A stretch of DNA of 64,000 bases from Felis catus (GCF_018350175.1 NC_058368.1:200572001-200636000); one strand, 5' to 3'; shown: positions 13,101 through 25,290, counted from the stretch's first letter. Numbers and translations: made by a program. The notes: generated by a model from the letters alone, not told the origin.

Positions 13101-15574
13101 AGCTACCCAAACGAATAAAATCATAGTTTTCCTTCAATGTAATCCATGAAGGTAAAGGGCAAAGAGTGTCATCTTGGATAAGACCACAGAAAGGATGGAA
13201 ATAAAACAAACCTGATACATCCTAAGGAGCACTACTCTATCACTTTTCAGGGATAACACCTCATTTCAGCTAGGCACTGACTGAGCTATCGCTAAAGGGC
13301 TGCTGTAAACTGATTTGTAAATATTATGCGTAACAGATTGATCAATGGTAGAAACTGACCTCAGGAATTTAAACTCATATATTGGTTTTCTGAATGTTGT
13401 CACCTCTTGGCATATCACCTCTTACACACCTGGCTTTATTTGCTAGGAGCCATGCAGCTTTCCCTTGCTGGATAGAATGAGATACCTTTGAGGCTAGAAG
13501 GGAGTTTTAGAAAGCTCTGGTCACTACCATTATGCTTGCCAATAAGTATTTATTAAATGAGTCTAATCATCTTGTTCATCAAAAAGCCAATAGAAGTAAT
13601 CTAAAAAAGATTTTCTTTTATTTTACTGGAAAACTGACAGCAAAATCTAGTAAAGATTTAATTTTATTCAAATCCGTCTCTCTTTGTAATGTTCTTGCTA
13701 CTACTAATTTGGGTTTCTGTGAGGAGGCAAAGGGCATGATATTCTGAGTCAGAATGCACAAATCATCTGTTTGTAGCTTCCAACAATATGAGAAATGTTC
13801 TTGTCAAAACTGACCTTGTAAAAGTGGATTTTGTGAGTTTTTAAGAATACGAAATTCCAGGAAACATTAAGTCTTATTTCAGCTGTCTTTCACACTGATA
13901 AAGAACCTAAAATGAAGACGAAATTATTTTCTGTAGATTGTTAAAAGCATGTAAAACTGCATTATGCATTTTCAAACTATATTGATATTTTAATTGCCAA
14001 ACCAGATGTTTAAGGATTTAAAATTAGGGTAGCATCTCAGCATCTGAATTTCTACACTAACATTCTCTCTCATATCAAAGCTTCATAAAGAGATTGTATT
14101 CTTTCAACATTAATATTGAATTATTTTATTCACTTGATATTTTTATACATGATAGATTTTAAGAACTGTTTTAACTTATAAACACTTTTTGCTTTTATAT
14201 TTTAATCACTAGATTTAATTTGAAATCAAAGTAGAAAAAAATCTCTATTTTTTTTTGTTGGGAGTGTAATGCTGATTCTGAGTGTTTCTGTAAGGCTTTG
14301 CACATATTACGACTACGCTACTGAGATGTCCTCTCTGAGCTTTTTAAGCCAATTATGAATTAAGAAATGCGGCTCTGCTTCCTGACCAAGAAGAAGCCAC
14401 CCAAGCGCAATATTCTAACTCCTTAGAGAATAATTTTTCCTTAATGGGTTTTACTTCAGTGACTCATACTGATTATGTAAGATGCAACACAATTAAATAC
14501 GCTTCTGTGCGCTTTGCACACGTGTACACGTGTATCTGGAACAATGCCGCGACATTTGCAGTTGCTTCTTTAAATAGCTTTAAAAAAGGAACAAGCAACA
14601 GCACAGAGATTACCGAGAGCCACTTAAGTGGAGAAGAGTGGGAAAGGCTGGATAGGACAAGAAGAACTTTAGCAGAAGGAGCCAGGCTCCCAGAGAAGAG
14701 GCTGATTGTTTCTGTAAGGTTAGGAGTCATAAGGCGGACTGGAGCGATGGGGGCTAGAGATGCGATTTGAAAAGAGTCAATTAAGTCCAAAGAGGCAGGG
14801 AAGTGGTTCCAGATGGCAGGTAAAACATAGGAGACAGAGAAAGTGGTGGAGTGGCTGGAGGTGAAGAGGGCGAGGGGTGCCTAAAGAAGGAGACTCAGGG
14901 AGGCTTTTCAATCTGAATTTAATGACAGAATAAAATACGTACAAAGAAGCGAATGTTCTGTAACAATTTTCAATAACAATCTAATGTAATTCAAGATCCC
15001 AGTTTTAAGTACATTTGCAGCTATTGAGGGCTCCAGTGGCAGAAGCCTGCACGGAACTTTTGCCTTTCCTCCCAGTATCACTCCCATCACCGCAGAAGCC
15101 TGTGACCTGGGTACAAAGAAACACATAGTTTATGGTCCACATTTTAAAATAGCCCAGTAAATTTTTCAAAATAGTGTAACTCTATAATCAATAGATTTAC
15201 ATATATTGACAGGAAACAGAAAACTAAGTTATAAACCTATTTATTTATTTATTTATTCATTTATTTATTTATAGTTGAACCCCAAAATATCCCATGCCAA
15301 ACTAACAATTTTTCTTATGGGATCTCAGATAGAAAAGAGAAGGAACCTTATATAGAAATGCCCTTGATTTCGATCTTCTGTTCAGATAATAGTTTAGAAC
15401 AGTAAAGATTCTCCCAATATAAACACTCAATCTGTGTTTTCAAATGGCTGCCTCCTTCAGGTGAAAGCTAACAGCAGGGGAGAGGAAAGATCTCTCTTTT
15501 CCTTCTCTTGTGTGAAGGGCTATCTCAGCAGCATTGAGTAAAATTGCTTCGCATTGAGAGTGTACATATTTATT

Positions 15575-15830
15575 AAATACTAATTTGATTTAAATTTTTT
15601 GAGCACCTATTAGGCAATGTGCTGTATACTAAGAATATGATGGATAATTAGGCAAAATCTCTACTCTCCAGAAATGTATACACAAATGAGGGCATAGAAT
15701 TGATATCATAGCTATAAAACCTAATAGAAAAAATCATCAGAGAAATACAGGATGCCATATTAAACCACTGGTTTGATTGTTAAGACATCAAGATGTCTTC
15801 TTGGGTAAGCAGATTCCAGAGCTGTAAGTA
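15575..15830 (-). mobile_element. L2 fragment
   Basis: TTGAGCACCTATTAGGCAATGTGCTG resembles the reverse L2 3' end. Confidence 0.45.
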
Positions 15831-16193
15831 CCTGTATTGTGCCAAGAGCAGCGTCATGGGGTTTCCCCCAAGGGGAGAAGCAATAGCCCCCAAGAGGTCC
15901 CAGTATGTGCTAAAGTTGTCTGGTCTCACTACAGTGTATTTTAGCTTTTTAAAAAGTTTTTAAGGCCTAAGCAGCTTGTCAGTGCATCTTATTAAACCAC
16001 TCTCAGAACCACTCTCTTAGTACTACAGCTGGGAGGCAGGATGCTGGAATTTGGCTGAGAGGCCCTCGAATGACAAATACAGTACTATAATCAAGGTAAC
16101 AAAGCTTTCCTTAAAGAAATGATCTTGTGTAAATCAGGGCAATATCATAGTTTTAAGAGATCCATCAATTCTCTTTCTTACATGTTCTAGATG

Positions 16194-16415
16194 GGTGGTT
16201 CCCAAACTCGGCTTACAGTAGAATCGTCTGGAGAAACGTTTGTAAGAAGACTCTTGCACACACATCCCAACTGTCCCTTGGAGACCTGTTATATAGCACG
16301 ACTCAGTGACAAAGCAATTTGTGTGCGTACACATACATATGTTAAATTTGGTTTATGTTAAGCTTCCCAGATGATTCTTGTATGCAAAGGTAGTTTTGAG
16401 ATTTGGGAAGGACTA
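16194..16415. mobile_element. MER5-like hAT MITE
   Basis: GTGGTTCCCAAACT start, AAGCTTCCCAGATGATTCT internal motif and TTTGGGAAGGACTA end. Confidence 0.5.
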
Positions 16416-17136
16416 GTGTAAGGTAAAACAACTGGCCTTTGAAGCTAACTCTAAGTTCCCAATATACTTCTAAGTGGCTATGTCCCCTTCCCTCTGGCTC
16501 ATTTGCAGCATCCGGCCCCGGCACAGGACAGCCCTACTCGGAACCACTCAGCACAGCTAGGGCTCCGGGGCTTCCCCACATCTCTTGCCCCAACACTCAA
16601 AACAAAAGGCAACTGCATCCAAATGCCACCTACAGAGGCCTGTGAGTTTTGCAGCTGCCAACATCAGAGGTGGATACCACTTCAGAGTGCAGGGGGACCA
16701 GAATGGCAGAAGAGCTTGGGTGGGACAACAGATAAGCTTATTAATGTGCCCAATCATTTCCTTTCAAAGAACATAAACTCAATAGAAACTTGCATAATGA
16801 AATACCATTTCCATTTTCTTGCATCTTTTTATGTTCTGATTCCTTGTTTAAGAGGGCACCTACCAATTAGAATGTGTAAAATCACACATGATGTCTGAGG
16901 AATTTTACAATAAAAAATAATTCATATTACATTTGTATGTGCTTAGGTCCAGTGTGAGATGTAATGCTGTTTCTTTACATTGGCAACTAGAGTGATATTG
17001 AATATTAGAACTCATTAGCGAACTTATATGAAAACTATAAAAAATTACTTATGTTTACTAAATTATTTTTGACAGTGCATAAAAACTCGTAAATTTTTTT
17101 TAATATAATCACCTTTCCAGTTTTTAATACCTTAGT

Positions 17137-17326
17137 CACGGTTTGACAAACTATGACTTGCTGCCTGTTTTGGTAAATAAAGTTTTATTGGAACATAGCT
17201 TCTTTCTTGGTTTACTTTTTGTTGATGGCTATTTTAGTGTTAAAATAGCAAAGTTGAGTCACTCTGACTGTTCAAGGCAAAAATATATTTTCTCTGGCAT
17301 TTTACAGAAGAATTTTGCTGACTCTG
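17137..17326 (+). mobile_element. MER58A-like hAT MITE
   Basis: GCCTGTTTTGGTAAATAAAGTTTTATTGGAACATAGC core, with TIR-like ends CACGGTTTGACAAACT and TTTGCTGACTCTG. Confidence 0.8.
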
Positions 17327-18339
17327 TTTTAAGTTGTTATTTCAAAAGAATGCAGAGTATGTGAAAATTTTAATGAAACAACATATTTGCATTGAAATTA
17401 ATTAAATACAATGCATTTTATGGAAAATATACTAACTAATGAACTATGTGGCTTTATTTTAATTCTCATCTAAACATTTCCAGAAGTAAAAGCTTACCCA
17501 GATCTGGACAAGAATAATTAAAGTAGATCCTTTTTAATAATATCCTGGATCCTATAAAAAAGATAGTTTTGCACATTTGGGGGGCTGTCTTCTAAGTTTA
17601 TTTAACAATTAGTTTTTTTATATAACCTTAAATATTTAAAAATATGTTATCTGGCCCCATTTGGACTCTTACCTGGAGAGTCAGCAGTTGACTTCTGAGC
17701 TCTGTTTCATCTCTTGCTCATACAAGGAAGTGCACTGTTGTGCAGGAGACAGACCCAGGAAGAGACAGTTATCAACTTCTGTCAAGCTCAGAGAGCAAGG
17801 TGTCTAGATTGCCATGGCATTACCAACCAAGTATGATCTGCCCTCCTTTCCTGCTCCAATTCTGTATGGATCTTGAAATCAACCTCTGCAGACTGGGAAC
17901 AGAAGGTAGAGAAAGAAGAAAATGGCTGGCCACGCCCCACACAGCTGACAGCCAAACTGTGTCAGGCCTGACTGGGGTGGAGGGAAGAAGCCTCAAATCA
18001 AATTTTGAGTTCTTATTTTTACCCGAGATTGGGCATTTTAATTACTGAATTAAATCTCTATTATGCAATGTAAAACAAATGAACATTTTTTGTTACTCAT
18101 GAGTGACTAGGAAAGTAATGGGACCCCTCTGAATGAAATTAATGCAAGGCTGAGAGTCACAAATAAAAGCACTTTGTGATTAAGTCATGCTCAGGAAACC
18201 TACAGTTACATACAACTGTACTTTATAACTCCCAATGACTTTCAATAAAGTAGGCTGTCATACAGCGTTTGAGTCCAGACTCAGGACTGGACTCCCTATG
18301 CCTCAAAGAGGCAAAAAAACAGGGATGAACTTAGCCATA

Positions 18340-18442
18340 AAAGAGAATTGATGTGAAGATTGAGTGAGTTAATATGTATACAGTGCTTAGAACAATGCCT
18401 GGTTCAGAGAAGTGAGCTTTGAGTGTTGCTATTTTTATTGCT
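18340..18442 (+). mobile_element. MIR 3' fragment
   Basis: GTGAAGATTGAGTGAGTTAATATGTATACAGTGCTTAGAACAATGCCTGG. Confidence 0.7.
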
Positions 18443-19452
18443 ATATTTTCAAATATTTATTTCAGTATTACCTATAACTTTTGTACAGTATACTATACCA
18501 ATCTCAAGTACACAACTTGATGAGTTTTTACAGATGTATGTACTAAAATAATGAAATCAGCATATAAAATATTTCTTGTATCCCAGAAGCCTCCTTATTC
18601 TCCTTCCCAGTCAATACGCTCCCCCAGAAAGGAAACTACTATTCTGATCTATCATCACTATAGTTGAGTCTTGCCTGTTGAATCTTCACGTAAATTAAAT
18701 CTCATGGTATTGACTCTTTGGGTGTTGGTTACTTCTGCTCAATTTTTCTTCCGTGAGATCCTTCCTTTCTGCAGCAAGGAGAGAAGTCATTCATCTCATG
18801 ATTTCATAGCTTTTCACAGCATAAATTATCACAGTTTTGTTATTGTTGTTGTTGTTGTTGTTGTTTTTTACCCATTCTAATGTTGATGGGCCTCTATGGT
18901 ATTTGCAATTCTCATCTATTATGAACAAAGTTGCTATAAACACACTTTTACATGTAGTTTGTGGCAAAAGCATTAGATTTCACCCAACATATACCAAATT
19001 CTGTTAAACCTACTGGGCCATACACTACGCATGTGTTAGTTTTCATCAGAAACTTCCAGTTTACCTACTTGAATGTTCCAGTTTTTCCACAGTCTCATCA
19101 AAACCTGGATTGATAGTCTCTAATTCTAGCTGCTCTAGTACAAGTGGAGTGACATCTGAAGGGGGTTTTAATTTGCATTTCAGTTAGACAGGAAGACTGA
19201 AGACTTGATAAACATCAAATTCTAAAGAAAATCAAATATATTTATTGTTTACTTGGATATCCTTTTTAGTGAGGATTTAGTGATCAAATTTTTGCCCCTT
19301 TGATTTTTGATTTTTCTGTTCTTTTCTTTTTGATACAGGGGGGTTCTTTTTCTACTCTGAATATGAATTCATTTTGCACATATATCGCCTCAGTCAATGG
19401 CTTGCCTTTCAGATCATTAAAAAATGATCTCTTAAAAGTAAAAACTATCTTA

Positions 19453-19663
19453 GGGGCAGCTGGGTGCCTCAGTCTTTAAGTGTCGGAATCTTGATTTCAG
19501 CCCAGGTCATGATCTCAGTGTTCATGAGTTCCAGCTCCGCATTGGGCTCCATGCTGACAGTGCTGAGCCTGCTTAGGATTCTCTCTCTCACCCTCTCTCT
19601 CTGCCCCTCTCTCACTCCTGTGTTCTGTCTCCCTCTCTCAAAATAAGTAAACAAACAAAAAAA
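19453..19663 (+). mobile_element. Older Can-SINE
   Basis: Diverged Can-SINE body. Degenerate TSD AAAGTAAAAACTATCTT / AGAGTGAAAACTGTCTT. Confidence 0.9.
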
Positions 19664-19756
19664 AGAGTGAAAACTGTCTTCAATATTGACAAAGCCAAAG
19701 GTAGTAATCTTTGTTTTTATGGTTATTTCTTTAGTCTCCTATAAGAAATATTTTCC

Positions 19757-19971
19757 AGAGCACCTGGATGGCTCAGTCAGTTAAGCGTCCATCTTTGGCT
19801 CATGTCATGATCACAGGGTTCATGAGTTCGAGCCCTGAGTCGGCTCTGTGTTGACAGTTCAGAACCTGGATCCCACTTTAGATTCTGTGTCTCCCTCTCT
19901 ATCTGTTCTTCCCCCTCTCGCACTTTGTCTCACTGGCTCTCTCTCAAAAATAAAGAATTAAAAAAAAATTT
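19757..19971 (+). mobile_element. Can-SINE
   Basis: TSD TAAGAAATATTTTCC at 19742-19756 and 19972-19986. Confidence 0.93.
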
Positions 19972-20535
19972 TAAGAAATATTTTCCTACTCTAAGGTCAC
20001 AGAGATATACTTCTTTGTTTTTTACAGACATTTTGTTGTTCCAACTTTCACATTTAAATTTGTAATCTTCCTTAAATTTTATATATGGTGAGTTGAGGTC
20101 AAAGTTCATTTTTCAAGATTTATTTTTATATTCTTTTTTTTCTCCAAATGATTTATCACCATCATTTGAAGTGACCACCCTTGCTCCCATTGTATCATGT
20201 TGTATTTGTCATAATTCAGGTGACCATATATGTGTGACTCTCCTTCCGGGCTCTCTATTCTGTATCATTTATTTGTTTTTCTCATCTTCTAATAATCTCA
20301 CCCTGTCTTTACATAAAGTAGTTCCATGGCAAACTTGATGACTGATAATTTAGATCTTCTACGTTCTTCAAAATTGCCTTGCATCTTTATATACATTTCA
20401 GAAAGAACTTTTCAACATCCACATGTACACATTATGTATGTACATACATGTACACATTTTGATTAGCATTGGGTTTAATTCACACAGCATTTCAGTCTGG
20501 GGTGAATCGATATGTTAAAAATATTGACTCTTCCA

Positions 20536-20742
20536 GGGGCGCCTGGGTGGCGCAGTCGGGTAAGCGTCCGACTTCAGCCAGGTCACGATCTCGCGGTCGT
20601 GAGTTCGAGCCCCGCGTCAGGCTCTGGGCTGATGGCTCAGAGCCTGGAGCCTGTTTCCGATTCTGTGTCTCCCTCTCTCTCTGCCCCTCCCCTGTTCATG
20701 CTCTGTCTCTCTTTGTCCCAAAAATAAATAAACGTTGAAAAA
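20536..20742 (+). mobile_element. Young Can-SINE (SINEC_Fc-like)
   Basis: Intact A box TGGCGCAGTCGG and B box GTTCGAGCC, CpG-rich. TSD AAAAATATTGACTCTTCCA at 20517-20535 and 20743-20761. Confidence 0.96.
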
Positions 20743-20978
20743 AAAAATATTGACTCTTCCAAAATGATGTTTCCACTGATTATGACTTCTCTAATTGCCC
20801 TCATCTATATTGCTTAGTCTTTAGCATAATGGATTGCATATATTTCCTCAGATTAGTATGTTTACTTTTTTATAGTATTATTAATGACATGATTTTTAAA
20901 TATGTTTTCTGTTGATTGCTAACATATAGAGATAAATTATGCTGAAATCCCCAGCAACTTTGCTAAAAATCCTTTTTA

Positions 20979-22125
20979 TTTTATTATTATTATTTTTACC
21001 TGCACGTGTAGATGGGTCAGGTGTACCAATATGGTCTTTCCCTTGTTCTTTTTTTTTTTATGAAATTTATTGTCAAATTGGTTTCCATACAACACCCAGT
21101 GTTCATCCCAACAGGTGCCCTCCTCAATGCCCATCACCCACTTTCCCCTCCCTTCCACCCACCATCAACCCTCAGTTTATTCTCAGTTTTTAAGAGTCTC
21201 TTATGATTTGGCTCCCCCCACTCTCTTTTTTTTTCCTTCACCTCCTTCTGTTAAGTTTCTCAGGATCCACATAAGAGTGAAAACATATGGTATCTGTCTT
21301 TCTCTGTGTGGCTTATTTCACTTAGCATAACACTCCAGTTCCATCCATGTTGCTACAAAAGGCCATATTTCATTGTTTCTCATTGCTACATAGTATTCCA
21401 TTGTGTATATAAAACACAATTTCTTTATCCATTCATCAGCTGATGGACATTTAGGCTCTTTCTATAATTTGGCTATTGTTGAAAGTGCTGCTATAAACAT
21501 TGGGGTACAAGTGCCCCTATGCATCTCCACTCCTGTATCCCTTGGGTAAATCCTAGCAGTGCTATTGCTGGGTCATAGGGTAGATCTATTTTTAATTTCC
21601 TGAGAAACCTCCACATTGTTTTCCATATTGGCTGCACCAGTTTGCATTCCCACCAACAGTGCAAGATGGTGTCTGTTTCTCCACATCCTTGCCAGCATCT
21701 ATAGTCTCCTCATTTGTTCATTTAAGCTACTCTGACTGGCGTGAGGTGGTATCTCAGTGTGGTTTTGATTTGTATTTCCATGGTGAGGAGTGACATTGAG
21801 CATCTTTTCATGTGCCTGTTGGCCATCTGGATGTCTTCTTTAGAGAAGTGTCTATTCATGTTTTCTGCCCATTTCTTCACTGGGTTATTTGTTTTTCGGG
21901 TGTGGAGTTTGGTGAGTTCTTTATAAATTTTGGATACTAGCCCTTGGTACAATATGTCATTTGCAAATATCTTTTCCCATTCCGTTGGTTGCCTTTTAGT
22001 TTTGTTGATTGTTTCCTTTGCAGTTCAGAAGCTTTTTATCTTCATGAGGTCCCAATAGTTCGTTTTTGCTTTTAATTCCTTTGCCTTTGGAGATGTGTCA
22101 AGTAAGAAATTGTTGTGGCTAAGCC
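20979..22125 (-). mobile_element. 5'-truncated felid L1 with a 3' transduced tag
   Basis: ORF2 C-terminus ([18 protein letters not shown]) and 3'UTR at about 21049-22125. TSD GCTAAAAATCCTTTTTA at 20962-20978 and 22126-22142. Confidence 0.93.
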
Positions 22126-23164
22126 GCTAAAAATCCTTTTTAATTAAAAAAGATTGTAGATTCTTTGAGATTTTATACATCACACAATTGTGTCTCCTGA
22201 AAATAATGAAAATGTTACTCCTTATTCAATATTTATATGTTTTTTTACAGTCTTTTTATTTGGTCCGGAACTTCCAGCACTATATAATAGATGTGCTTAT
22301 GGTGCACATTATTCTGTTTTTTTTTTTCCAACCTGAAGAGGAAGAATTTTGATTCTTAAATTGTAGGTGTTTTATAGGATAAATTGTAGGTGTTTTATAG
22401 ACACTCTTTAGCAGATTAAGTATATTTATTTTAATTCAGTTTTCAGATATGTTTCATCATAAATATACATTGAACTTATTGATTTTTAGAAAACCCTTTA
22501 ACATAATCATATATATTTGTTCTGTATTTTGCTTGTATTCAGTTATAGGTTCACATATATCTATTAATTTCCCTGTGATCACTGTGAATGATACATTGCA
22601 CAAGTTTTGGGACTTAGTGCTTGCTATTTTTATCTGGTACAATTTACAGGTTAAGAAATTGACATGAAGAAATGTTTAGCTCTTGCTTATAATTACCATT
22701 GTGCCTGTGTGTGTATGTGGCTGTCTCATGAATAATTTTGTACTTTATATTATAATAACATTTTATTGTTGAGGTTGAAGTACTCAGAATAAAACTGATA
22801 TGAGTATGAACTCATATCAACACATACCACACTTTTCTTTTTTATCAAAGAGAATATAACATAAGAAATGACTTAACTAGGTTTTACACTACAAAGGCAA
22901 AAATAAAACATGTAGGTATCAGAGATAATAACTACAACAGGCAGCTACCAGCTATTGGACTGGGGGGAAAGGGAAGAAGTTAGGGTTATCAGAACTTAGA
23001 AGCTTGAGCAAAGGTTCTGCAGAGTTGTGCTGCAGAGAGCACATAGTTAAATTGGTGTCAGTATCTCAAGGATGTCAGAGGTAGGACCAAAGGACCTGGG
23101 CCTTAGACTCTAAGGAAGGAGTGCCATCCATTGTTGCTAATATATCTGAGACTCATTCTGTGAG

Positions 23165-23621
23165 TGTGAAACTGTAAACATTACCTTCTATGTTTGAAAA
23201 AGTATCATTGCACATGTGATTAAGTTCAAGATCTTGAGATGGGGATACTTTCCTGGGCTACTTGGATGGGCCCTAAATGGAGTCATAAATGTCCTTACAA
23301 AGGAGAGGCAGAGATTACACACAAGCAGAAGTTGAAGAAGGCTATGTGAGAATGAAAGCAGAAAGAGATGTGAAGATGCTGTTGGCTTTGAAAATGGAAG
23401 AAGGGGCCATGAGCCAAAGAGTAAGACTTCAAAAAGCCAAGGTAACTGATTCTCCTCTAGATCCACTGGCTAGAGTGCAGCCATGCCAACACCTTGGTTT
23501 CAGCCCAGTGAGACCATTTTGGGCTTCTGACCTCTAGAACAGTTAGAGAATAAATTTGTAGTATTTTAAGCCATTAAGTGCATGGTTATTTGTTAAGAGC
23601 AGTGTGTAAGAAACTAACACA
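23165..23621 (+). mobile_element. MaLR solo LTR (MLT1C/D-like)
   Basis: GATTAAGTTCAAGATCTTGAGATGGGG, GACCTCTAGAAC...AATAAATTTG...TTTTAAGCCA, and end GAAACTAACACA. Confidence 0.85.
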
Positions 23622-23751
23622 GTTTGTCTTAAAAAATGATAATTAATATGGAAATCATTATCTTCTTGTTTTGAAGTCAACAGATTAATGAGTTGATCTT
23701 TCTAAAAATTATATAATGTAAAAGCAATACCATTTAAAGTTAAAAACATAC

Positions 23752-24569
23752 GGAGAATGTAAATTGGTACAGCCACTATGGAAAACAACATGGAGGTTCC
23801 TCAAAAAATAGAACTACCATACGATCCAGTGGTCCCTCTTCTGGGTATATATCTGAAGGAAATGAAAACAAGATCTTAAAGAGATATCCGCACTCCCATG
23901 TTTCTTGCAGCAATATTCACAATAAACAAGACATGGAGACTACATAAAAATCCATCAGTGGATGAATGGATAAAGAAGATATGATATATGCAATATTATT
24001 CTAGTAATAACAATAATAATATCCCATTATATATAATAATATTATAATGGAATATTATTCAACCATAAGAAAGAGGGAAATCCTGCTGTTTCCAATGGAT
24101 GGAACTTGAGGGAATTGTGTTAACTAAAGTAAGCCAGGCAAAGGCAAATACTGCATGGTATCATGTATGTGTGGAATCTTTTTTAAAAAAAAAGGCAGAA
24201 TCTCCTAGAAAAAGTAGAAAAATGGTTGTCAAGCACAGGTTGGAGGGGGCAGTGGGAGAAATAGGGAGAGGTTGATAAAACGGTACAAACTTTCAGCTAT
24301 AAGATGAATAAAGTCTGAGGATCTAATGTATAACACATGCTGACTATAGTTAACACTATATTGTATAATTGAAATTTACTAAGAGAGTAGAACTTAAATT
24401 TTCTCACACAAAGATAGACATGTCAGGTGTTGATGGATGTGTTAATTATCATGTGTGGGAAATCCTTTCACAACGTGTTTATGGACATCAAATAATCACT
24501 AGGTACACTTTAACTATCCTATATTTTTATATGTCAATAATACCTCAGTAAAGATGAAACGTTTAAAAA
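23752..24569 (+). mobile_element. 5'-truncated L1 (L1MA/L1_Carn-like 3' end)
   Basis: GAATGTAAATTGGTACAGCCACTATGGAAAAC ORF2 C-terminus followed by an L1MA-type 3'UTR. Confidence 0.85.
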
Positions 24570-24989
24570 GCCAAACAGGAAATTGGGGCATCAATGGGTA
24601 ATACATATCAAGGTTCCAGGAAGGATCCAGCAGATGCATTAATAGTCTGGCAGGTGGGTTATCAGGTTGCTGGTTTCTGGGCTTCACATATCTTTCCTTA
24701 TGTTTGGTTAGAGATTGCAGGCTGTGGGCAGGGAGCCTGATTTTACTTCACTCCAACTGAGGATGCTTATCACCCTCCCTAACAGCAGGTCTGATGTCCT
24801 CCATCTCCAACTGTCCTCTCTTTGCATAGACTCTCACTGTAAATGGTGATAGTAAGGCAGCAGGTTCTGAGCTGGAGGACTGGGCTTAGAAGAACTGTCT
24901 ACTTCCCACCTCTCTTTGGGGCCCGAAGTCCCTCATCCTCTCCTCATTACCCCATTTTCCTGAAAGGAGCCTGCTTGGGAATCCCCTGG

Positions 24990-25117
24990 CTTCTTCCTTC
25001 CTTCCTTCCTTCCTTCCTTCCTTCCTTCCTTCCTTCCTTCCTTCCTTCCTTCCTTCCTTCCTCCCTCCCTCCCTCCCTCCCTCCCTCCCTCCCTTCCTTC
25101 CTTCCTTCCTTCCTTCC
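24990..25117. repeat. Compound (CCTT)n(CCCT)n(CCTT)n microsatellite at a SINE tail
   Basis: About 128-bp pure pyrimidine tetranucleotide tract. Confidence 0.97.
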
Positions 25118-25290
25118 AAGTTTTATTTATTTTGAGAGAGCGAGAGCCAGCGAGCATAAGCAAGGGAGGGGCAGAGAGAGGGAGAGATCAGCTTGGCTTG
25201 ATGTGGGGCTCAAACTCATGAATGCTGAGATCATGAGCTGAGCAGATATCAAGAGTCAGACACTTAACCGACTAAGGCACCCAAGCGCCC
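25118..25290 (-). mobile_element. Can-SINE (older, shorter variant)
   Basis: Reverse head CTTAACCGACTAAGGCACCCAAGCGCCC and GGGCTCAAACTCATG. No clear TSD. Confidence 0.85.

Larger units (their letters stand above)
18450..22600 (-). mobile_element. Ancient degraded L1 (L1ME-like), interrupted by three SINEs and a younger L1
   Basis: Reverse L1 3'UTR and ORF2-like sequence that resumes across each younger insertion. Boundaries are approximate. Confidence 0.6.

Noticed and set aside
16620..16700. CTCF-like TGCCACCTACAG and the overlapping ORFs at 16342-16898
   Set aside because: The motif match is only partial, and the ORFs have no recognisable domain or splice support.
22796..22819. Perfect hairpin TGATATGAGT-ATGA-ACTCATATCA, and overlapping 8-bp stems at about 12059-12085
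   Set aside because: Short isolated stems can arise by chance or template switching. They are too short for a pre-miRNA and lack context.
24843..25241. ORFs reading PSFL/EGRK repeats
   Set aside because: These are translations of the tetranucleotide microsatellite and SINE.
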